This document shows, in pieces, positions 26,483-32,000 of a stretch of 32,000 nt of DNA (the first letter of the stretch is position 1; every line of letters starts with the position of its first letter). Position numbers and translations under genes: made by a program. A model generated the notes under the pieces. It ran no database searches. It worked only from the letters and a program-made list of their open reading frames with translations, and was not told the origin of the DNA. Origin of the DNA: Rhodobacter capsulatus SB 1003 (GTDB lineage Bacteria > Pseudomonadota > Alphaproteobacteria > Rhodobacterales > Rhodobacteraceae). The stretch spans positions 270,001 through 302,000 of the forward strand of contig NC_014034.1 in NCBI RefSeq assembly GCF_000021865.1. The letters run 5' to 3'.

Positions 26483-27433
26483 ATGAAAAAGCTTCTCATC
26501 GCGTCGACCGCGCTCGTCATGGTCGCTGGCGCCGCCGCCGCCGAAGTGAAACTCTCGGGCGACGCCCGCATGGGTGCTGTGTACGACAGCGAAGACTGGA
26601 ACTTCTCGAGCCGCGCTCGCGTTCAGTTCACCCTCTCGGGCACCACCGACTCGGGCCTCGAGTTCGGCGCGAAGTTCCGCACCTCGGACATCCGCAACGC
26701 TGAAGATCCGCGCAACGGCAACCGTGGCACCGTCTTCCTGTCGGGCGCTTTCGGCAAGATCACCATGGGTGACATTGCTTCGGCCTCGGAAGAACTCTTC
26801 GGCGACCTGGCCGACGTCGGCTACCTCGGCGATGACCAAGGGACCGCGGGTATCACCTTCGCTGGCCTGGGCACCAACGCCATCCCGTACCTGACGCTCG
26901 ACAACGAAACCACCTCGGGCCTGATGTACACCTACAGCGCCGGTGCGTTCTCGGTCGCCGCGGCGATGACGGACGGCCATGGCTACGGTTCGCTCGCTGC
27001 CGGCACCTTCGAAGCCGACACCCAATCGTACTCGGTCGCCGCTGCCTACACCTTCGGCAACTACACCGTCGGCCTCGGCCACGAGATCCTCGACCGTGAT
27101 GGCGCTGGTCTCGACATGAGCCAAACCGAACTCGCCGGCATGGCGAAATTCGGCAACACCGACGTCAAAGGCTACTACGCCATCGGCGGCGACGAAAACC
27201 CGGTTGACGACGCGATCGGCCTGAGCGTTGCCTCGGCCTTCGGCGCGACCACCGTCAAAGGCTACGTGCAAAAAGTCGACTTCGTCGCGGCTGGTGTTGA
27301 CAGCGTGACCTGGTACGGCCTCGGCGCCGACTACGACCTGGGCGGCGGCGCGATCCTCGCGGCCGGCATCCAAGACGACGACGTGGACGGTTCGGATCCG
27401 GTCGCCAACATGGGTGTGAAATTCAAGTTCTGA
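26483..27433 (+). CDS. Outer-membrane general porin (Rhodobacter-type 16-strand porin)
   Basis: Signal peptide ...AGAAAA-EVKLSGDARMG. Strong resemblance to the R. capsulatus porin along the protein, including YTYSAGAFSVAA, AAAYTFGNYTVGLG and the C-terminal GVKFKF. GAGGGA lies upstream of the ATG. Confidence 0.93.
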   Translation: MKKLLIASTALVMVAGAAAAEVKLSGDARMGAVYDSEDWNFSSRARVQFTLSGTTDSGLEFGAKFRTSDIRNAEDPRNGNRGTVFLSGAFGKITMGDIASASEELFGDLADVGYLGDDQGTAGITFAGLGTNAIPYLTLDNETTSGLMYTYSAGAFSVAAAMTDGHGYGSLAAGTFEADTQSYSVAAAYTFGNYTVGLGHEILDRDGAGLDMSQTELAGMAKFGNTDVKGYYAIGGDENPVDDAIGLSVASAFGATTVKGYVQKVDFVAAGVDSVTWYGLGADYDLGGGAILAAGIQDDDVDGSDPVANMGVKFKF

Positions 27434-27454
27434 TCTCTCGGAACCTGATTGGGA

Positions 27455-27488
27455 AAGAGCGGGCCTTGGCCCGCTTCTTTTCTTTTTT
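27455..27488 (+). terminator. Rho-independent terminator of the porin gene
   Basis: AAGAGCGGGCC-TT-GGCCCGCTTCTT stem followed by TTCTTTTTT. Confidence 0.8.
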
Positions 27489-27526
27489 GCCACCTTGTGC
27501 TCGATTGCGCCGCAAAGGAGATCGCC

Positions 27527-28189
27527 ATGGGATTGCAGGAGATTCAGACCCGGATTGCGAAGGCGACCCGGGCCGCGGGCCGGGCCGAGGGGGCGGTGCG
27601 GCTGATCGCCGTGTCGAAGGTGCAGCCGCCCGAGCGGGTGCTGGCGGTGCTCGATCAGGGGCAACGGCTGTTCGGCGAGAATTACGTGCAGGAAGCGGCG
27701 GGCAAATGGCCCGACTGGCGGGCAGAGTTCCCGGGCGTGGCCGTGCACATGATCGGGCCGTTGCAGACGAACAAGGCGAAACAGGCGGTGGAGCTGTTCG
27801 AGGCGATCCACACGCTTGACCGGCCCTCGCTGGCGGTGAAGCTGGCGTCTTTGGCGCAGGCGCGGGGGGCAAGCCCGGATCTTTTCGTGCAGGTCAACAC
27901 CGGGTCCGAGCCGCAAAAGGCGGGCGTGCTGCCCGAGGCTTTGGATGCTTTCGTGGCCGAGGCGCGGCGGCTGGATCTGCCGGTGGTCGGGCTGATGTGC
28001 ATTCCGCCGGAAGCCGAAGACCCGGCCCCGCATTTCGCCATGCTCGCCGGGATGGCGGCGCGGAACGGGCTGACCGGGCTTTCGATGGGGATGAGTTCGG
28101 ATTTCGAGGCGGCGATTGCCGCCGGGGCCACGCATGTGCGGGTGGGCTCGGCCATTTTTGGCGCGCGCGATTATGGGGCGCGCGCCTAG
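27527..28189 (+). CDS. yggS: YggS-family pyridoxal-phosphate homeostasis protein
   Basis: 220 aa with the VSK lysine motif (LIAVSKVQP), FGENYVQE, and GLSMGMSSDFEAAI. AAGGAG lies 7 nt upstream of the ATG at 27527. Confidence 0.9.
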   Translation: MGLQEIQTRIAKATRAAGRAEGAVRLIAVSKVQPPERVLAVLDQGQRLFGENYVQEAAGKWPDWRAEFPGVAVHMIGPLQTNKAKQAVELFEAIHTLDRPSLAVKLASLAQARGASPDLFVQVNTGSEPQKAGVLPEALDAFVAEARRLDLPVVGLMCIPPEAEDPAPHFAMLAGMAARNGLTGLSMGMSSDFEAAIAAGATHVRVGSAIFGARDYGARA

Positions 28190-28740
28190 GCCTTGTCGGC
28201 GGACCGGGGCGCTGCCCCGGACCCCGGGATATTTTTCGCAAGATAAAAGCAGGAAAGCGGCGGGATCAACAGCTCGGTGCCGGGTTTCAGGCGGCGCGCG
28301 AGTTTGATCAGGTCGGCACGGCCAAGCGCAAGGCAGCCTGCCGTGGGGTAGCCCAGGCGACGGCGCTGATGCAGGAAGATCGCCGAGCCCTTGCCGGGGG
28401 TGGCTTTCGGATAGTTCCAATCGGTGATCAGCACGATGTCGTAAAGCGGATCGCGGCGGGCCATGCGTTCGTGGCTGGCCTTGAACGGCGCGCGGACGGG
28501 CTGGTTGTAGGCGGGGTGGCCGGGATCGTCGCACCACAGATCCTGCGGGCCGATCGGCTTCGCCCAAGGGGCGGGGCGGGGCAGGCGGTCGGCGCGGTAC
28601 AGCAGGCCGACGATGCGCAACCGGCCCACCGGGGTGGCGCCGTCGCCTTCGCGTTTGGTGGCGGAGAGCCCGCCGCGGCCGATCTGCACCGGATGGCGGC
28701 GGCCGTGGAACAGAAGCCCGGTGGCGGTCAGACGGATCAC
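28186..28740 (-). CDS. L,D-transpeptidase (YkuD) family protein
   Basis: Catalytic-region pattern GSAIFLHQ...PTAGCLAL. The ATG overlaps the ribA stop (ATGA). The last ~22 codons are encoded by the family-2 repeat at 28201-28250. Confidence 0.78.
   Translation of the reverse strand: MIRLTATGLLFHGRRHPVQIGRGGLSATKREGDGATPVGRLRIVGLLYRADRLPRPAPWAKPIGPQDLWCDDPGHPAYNQPVRAPFKASHERMARRDPLYDIVLITDWNYPKATPGKGSAIFLHQRRRLGYPTAGCLALGRADLIKLARRLKPGTELLIPPLSCFYLAKNIPGSGAAPRSADKA
28201..28250 (+). repeat. Family-2 module; acts as the likely yggS terminator
   Basis: CCGGGGC-GCT-GCCCCGG hairpin followed by ACCCCGGGATATTTTTCGCAAGATAAAAG. Matches 2642-2702 and the arms at 30661-30789. Confidence 0.65.
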
Positions 28741-29816
28741 AGCAGATGCCCCGATTTCGCCGCCTTGGTGGCAAGATAGGCTTCGTTGTGGCGGCTTTTG
28801 CCGACCTTGAGCGGCACCCGTTCGCGCACCGCAATGCCGTGGGTTTCCAGCATCCGCACCTTGGCCGGGTTGTTGGTCAAAAGCCGCACCGAGCTGAAGC
28901 CGAGCTTCTTCAGCAGCGCCGCACCGATGCGAAAATCGCGTTCGTCATCCTCGAAGCCCAGCCGGTGGTTCGCCTCGACCGTGTCAAAGCCCTGATCCTG
29001 CAGCGAATAGGCGCGCATCTTGTTCGCCAGCCCGATGCCGCGGCCCTCCTGATTGAGGTAAAGCAGCACGCCCGCCCCCTCGGCCCCCATCTGATGCAGC
29101 GCGGCATCGAGCTGCGGGCCGCAGTCGCATTTCAGCGAGCCCATCACGTCGCCGGTGAAACAGGCCGAATGCAGCCGCGCCAGCACCGGCTGCGCCCGGT
29201 CGGGGGAACCGATCTCGATCGCGTAATGTTCGGGGCCGCCATCATCGGGGCGGAAGATGTGCAGCCGCCCGCGCTCGGCCGCCCGCATCGGCACCCGCGC
29301 GGCGGCGACGGGGGCAAAGGCGGCTTCGGAGGACAGCAGCTGCAGCACCTGCGGGGCCGCCAGCGCCGTCAACCCTTCGGGCGCGGGGGTGGGCAGCGGG
29401 GCGAGCAGCGCGGCGGGCAGAAGCTGCGCCGTCTTGCACAGGCCAATCGCGGCCCGCGCAAGGGTGGCATCGCCGTCGCGCAGGCTGGTCAGCGGGCCTT
29501 TCATCGGCACGCGCAGGTCATCGGCCGGATCGGCCAGCGCCCGCAGCCAGGCCAGATCGGCCTCTTCGGGAACGGCGATCCGGGCAAGATCGTCATCATA
29601 AACCCGGGCCTTCAGCGTCTCGGCCCGCCAGGCGGTCAGCGCGAGCGTCAGCGGCCCCAGACGGCGCAGCGCCTCCAGCCGTTCGGGCGAAAGCGTCTCG
29701 ACCGCGACGGCCAGCATCTGCCCCGAGAGCACGACGGGAAGCCCGAGCCGCAGATCGGCGCGGGCGCGGTTGATCAGTTCAAGGGGGCTCGGGCCGAGAA
29801 AGACAGGCGTTTCCAT
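28737..29816 (-). CDS. ribA: GTP cyclohydrolase II with an N-terminal ~150-aa extension
   Basis: Zinc/GTP motifs [18 protein letters not shown] and [27 protein letters not shown]. Start at METPVF (29816). The track ORF continues to 30557 only as antisense of the response-regulator gene. Confidence 0.88.
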   Translation of the reverse strand: METPVFLGPSPLELINRARADLRLGLPVVLSGQMLAVAVETLSPERLEALRRLGPLTLALTAWRAETLKARVYDDDLARIAVPEEADLAWLRALADPADDLRVPMKGPLTSLRDGDATLARAAIGLCKTAQLLPAALLAPLPTPAPEGLTALAAPQVLQLLSSEAAFAPVAAARVPMRAAERGRLHIFRPDDGGPEHYAIEIGSPDRAQPVLARLHSACFTGDVMGSLKCDCGPQLDAALHQMGAEGAGVLLYLNQEGRGIGLANKMRAYSLQDQGFDTVEANHRLGFEDDERDFRIGAALLKKLGFSSVRLLTNNPAKVRMLETHGIAVRERVPLKVGKSRHNEAYLATKAAKSGHLL

Positions 29817-29835
29817 GGCCGGAAGATAGCGGCGG

Positions 29836-29853
29836 TTGAAACAGATTGAAACA
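29836..29853 (+). promoter_or_regulatory. Tandem direct repeat TTGAAACA-GA-TTGAAACA (10-bp register), candidate regulator binding site
   Basis: Exact 8-mer repeated with one helical turn of spacing, in the divergent ribA / response-regulator intergenic region. Confidence 0.3.
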
Positions 29854-29960
29854 CTTCCCCGCTCTGCGTCACCCTTGCGTGAGAAAGATTTCACCTCCCT
29901 TGCCGCAGTCGTGATGAGGGTCCAGCTTGACACGAACCGCAACGAGACCGGGAGGCAAAG

Positions 29961-30647
29961 ATGGCCGGGCTGAAGAAAATTCTTCTGGTGGATGATGACA
30001 GCGACCTGCGCGAGGCGCTGGCCGAGCAGCTGATCGCGACCGAGGAATTCGACGTGTTCGAGGCGGGTTCGGGCGCCGAAGGGGTCGAAAAGGCCAAGGG
30101 CGCGCTTTACGATCTGGTGATGCTCGATGTCGGCCTGCCCGACACCGATGGCCGGGAGCTGTGCAAGAAGCTGCGCAAGCAGGGGGTGAAATGCCCGATC
30201 ATGATGCTGACCGGCCATGACACCGATGCCGACACGATCCTTGGGCTGGACAGCGGCGCGAATGATTACATCACCAAGCCCTTCAAGTTCCCGGTGCTGC
30301 TGGCCCGCATCCGCGCCCAGCTGCGCACGCATGAACAATCGGAAGATGCGGTGTTCCAGCTCGGCCCGTATACGTTCAAACCGGCGATGAAGATGCTGAT
30401 CGACGCCAAGGACCGCAAGATCCGGCTGACCGAAAAGGAAACCAACATCCTGAAGTTCCTCTATCGGGCGCAGGACGGGGTGGTGGCGCGCGATGTGCTC
30501 TTGCACGAGGTCTGGGGCTACAACGCGGGGGTGACCACGCATACGCTGGAAACCCATATCTACCGGCTGCGCCAGAAGATCGAGCCCGATCCGTCGAATG
30601 CGCGGCTTCTGATCACGGAATCGGGCGGCTACCGTCTGGTCGCCTGA
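29961..30647 (+). CDS. OmpR-family response regulator (possible CenR orthologue), no adjacent histidine kinase
   Basis: Receiver domain (LLVDDD...[11 protein letters not shown]...KPF) plus a winged-helix output ([12 protein letters not shown]...[15 protein letters not shown]). GGGAGG lies 6 nt upstream of the ATG. The CenR assignment is from memory of alphaproteobacterial CenR sequences and is tentative. Confidence 0.9.
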   Translation: MAGLKKILLVDDDSDLREALAEQLIATEEFDVFEAGSGAEGVEKAKGALYDLVMLDVGLPDTDGRELCKKLRKQGVKCPIMMLTGHDTDADTILGLDSGANDYITKPFKFPVLLARIRAQLRTHEQSEDAVFQLGPYTFKPAMKMLIDAKDRKIRLTEKETNILKFLYRAQDGVVARDVLLHEVWGYNAGVTTHTLETHIYRLRQKIEPDPSNARLLITESGGYRLVA

Positions 30648-30660
30648 TACCGCGCAGGAG

Positions 30661-30789
30661 CGGGGGTTTCACACCCCCGCGCCCCCGTGGGATATTTGCA
30701 CCAAGGTGAAAGGGCACCCCGGGATCTGCTTTCACCTTGGTGAAAATATCCCGGGGGGAGTCCGCTTGCGGACGGGGGGCAGCGCCCCC
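30661..30789. repeat. Two head-to-head family-2 modules forming a ~130-bp palindromic element; likely bidirectional terminator
   Basis: 24-nt arms GGGATATTTGCACCAAGGTGAAAG (30688-30711) and CTTTCACCTTGGTGAAAATATCCC (30728-30751) with 1 mismatch. Flanked by GC hairpins GGGGG-TTTCACA-CCCCC and GGGGGG-CAGCG-CCCCCC. Fills the spacer between convergent stops at 30647 (+) and 30791 (-). Confidence 0.75.
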
Positions 30790-30790
30790 C

Positions 30791-31135
30791 CTACACCGTC
30801 GGATTGATGCCGTCCTCGGCTTCTTCCAGGCTGATCCCCATCGCATTCAGACCGTCTTCCAGGTAATCGGCCAGCATCGGGATGCCGAGAAGGTAATCCT
30901 CGGTCGGCGCGGTCGCCTCGGCCTTGGCGGTCTCGAAGGCCTCGTCGAATTCCGCGGCCTGGAAGGTCTCGCGGCCGATCCACATCAGCGCGGTCAGCGC
31001 CGCCTGTTCATCCTCGTTCAAGGCCGCGATGAAGGCGCGCAGCTCGCGCCCCTGACCGGATCCGGGCACTTCGGCGTCGAATTTCCGGGCGCGGATGATC
31101 ACATGGGCGATTTTCGACGGGCTGATCGGCAGCAT
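30791..31135 (-). CDS. DUF3775-family protein
   Basis: 114 aa. ISPSKIAHVIIRARKFDAEV...LNEDEQAALTALMWIGRE is typical of DUF3775. AGGAGG lies upstream of the ATG at 31135; the track ORF extends to 31381. Confidence 0.8.
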   Translation of the reverse strand: MLPISPSKIAHVIIRARKFDAEVPGSGQGRELRAFIAALNEDEQAALTALMWIGRETFQAAEFDEAFETAKAEATAPTEDYLLGIPMLADYLEDGLNAMGISLEEAEDGINPTV

Positions 31136-31193
31136 GACACGTCCTCCTGTGATCCCACTCTCGTCCCGGACGGGCCGCGACGCAAGCGCCATC

Positions 31194-32000
31194 TCAGCTT
31201 TCGACGGGAAGCCGCAAGGGCGGTTCCGGGGCCAGCTCCTCGAAGTCGAAATTGTCGAGCCGATGCGCCCGCTTGCCCGCCTTTTCGGCGGAGGTCCGGA
31301 TCTCCTCGATGTCGCGCGCGGCCATGCCGAAATGGCGATCAAGGTTCGCCACCCGCTCGCCCAGCCGCCCGACATCGGCATGCAGCGCGGCGAGTTCGCG
31401 CCGGATCGCCCCCGCCTGCGCCCGCATCCGCGCGTCTTTCAGCACGGCGCGCATCGTGTGCAGCGTCGCCATGCAGGTGGTGGGCGAGACGATCCAGACC
31501 TTGGCGGCGAAACCCTCGCGCACCAGTTCGGGGAAATTCGCGTGCAGTTCCGCATAGACCGCCTCTGACGGCAGGAACAGCAGCGCGCCATCGGCGGTCT
31601 CGCCCTCGATGATGTAGCGATCCGCAATGGCGCGGATATGCGAGCGCAGGGAAATCCGCATCATCCGTTGCGCCTCGATCAGCTGGCTTTGATTTTCGGC
31701 GCGGCGCAGGGCCTCGTAAGCCTCCAGCGGGAATTTGCTGTCGATCACCATCGGCCCTGGGGGATGGGGCAGATGGATCAGGCAATCGGCGCGGCGTCCG
31801 TTCGAAAGCGTCGCCTGCATCGTATAGGAATCGCGCGGCAGCGCCTTTTGCACGATGTCATGCAGCTGGATCTCGCCAAAGGCGCCGCGGGTCTGCTTGT
31901 TCGAGAGAATGTCCTGCAATCCCAGCACATTGCCCGAAAGCTTCTCGATATTCGCCTGGGCCTTGTCGATGGCGGCCAGACGCTGTTGCAGATCGCCAAG
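31194..32000 (-). CDS. rmuC: DNA recombination protein RmuC (C-terminal part; N-terminus beyond the window)
   Basis: RmuC core LSNKQTRGAFGEIQL...DCLIHLP...VIDSKFPLEAY...LFLPSEA. The frame stays open from 31929 to the window end. Confidence 0.88.
   Translation of the reverse strand, partial: LGDLQQRLAAIDKAQANIEKLSGNVLGLQDILSNKQTRGAFGEIQLHDIVQKALPRDSYTMQATLSNGRRADCLIHLPHPPGPMVIDSKFPLEAYEALRRAENQSQLIEAQRMMRISLRSHIRAIADRYIIEGETADGALLFLPSEAVYAELHANFPELVREGFAAKVWIVSPTTCMATLHTMRAVLKDARMRAQAGAIRRELAALHADVGRLGERVANLDRHFGMAARDIEEIRTSAEKAGKRAHRLDNFDFEELAPEPPLRLPVES

Noticed and set aside
26459-28834. 791-aa minus-strand ORF opposite the porin and yggS and overlapping the L,D-transpeptidase gene out of frame
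   Set aside because: The porin (signal peptide, C-terminal Phe, strong similarity to the Rhodobacter porin) and yggS on the plus strand explain the region. The long ORF is Arg/Pro-rich.
28737-30557. 606-aa ORF suggesting a large N-terminal fusion on RibA
   Set aside because: The first ~247 residues are simply the antisense frame of the response-regulator gene and the intergenic region. A proper ATG (METPVF) at 29816 gives a normal-length GTP cyclohydrolase II.

Overview
High-GC alphaproteobacterial chromosomal segment. Gene content and a porin whose mature N-terminus (EVKLSGDARMG...NFSSR...SGLEFGA...TVFLSGAFGKI.MGD) closely resembles my recollection of the crystallised Rhodobacter capsulatus porin point to Rhodobacter or a near relative in Rhodobacteraceae. 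I call 35 tightly packed CDS, almost all core or housekeeping: accD-folC, rlmN, dapD, a lytic transglycosylase, HU, the ade-amn purine salvage pair, leuS-lptE-holA, porin, yggS, ribA, an OmpR-family response regulator and rmuC (partial at the right edge). Several pairs are translationally coupled by ATGA/GTGA overlaps. I found no rRNA, tRNA, CRISPR array, transposase, integrase, prophage or recognisable defence genes, so I cannot support a protein-encoded novel system here. Four signals are not explained by the genes. (1) Three same-orientation copies of a ~210-bp multi-hairpin element (9-219, 5488-5702, 12461-12672); the two copies whose both flanks lie inside the window fill almost the whole spacer between convergent genes, and the copies show compensatory stem changes. 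(2) A second family of short modules, a GC-rich hairpin followed by GGGATATTTT..C.C.AAG.T.AAAG, found at gene 3' ends, twice as long head-to-head palindromes, once in the accD-folC spacer and once supplying the C-terminal tail of a CDS. (3) A shared TTGGGGAAAGCCCC leader motif upstream of two unrelated genes. (4) A tandem TTGAAACA-GA-TTGAAACA repeat in the ribA/response-regulator divergent region. The many long Arg/Pro/Gly-rich ORFs antisense to real genes are high-GC artefacts. All homology statements come from motif recognition by eye, not database searches.
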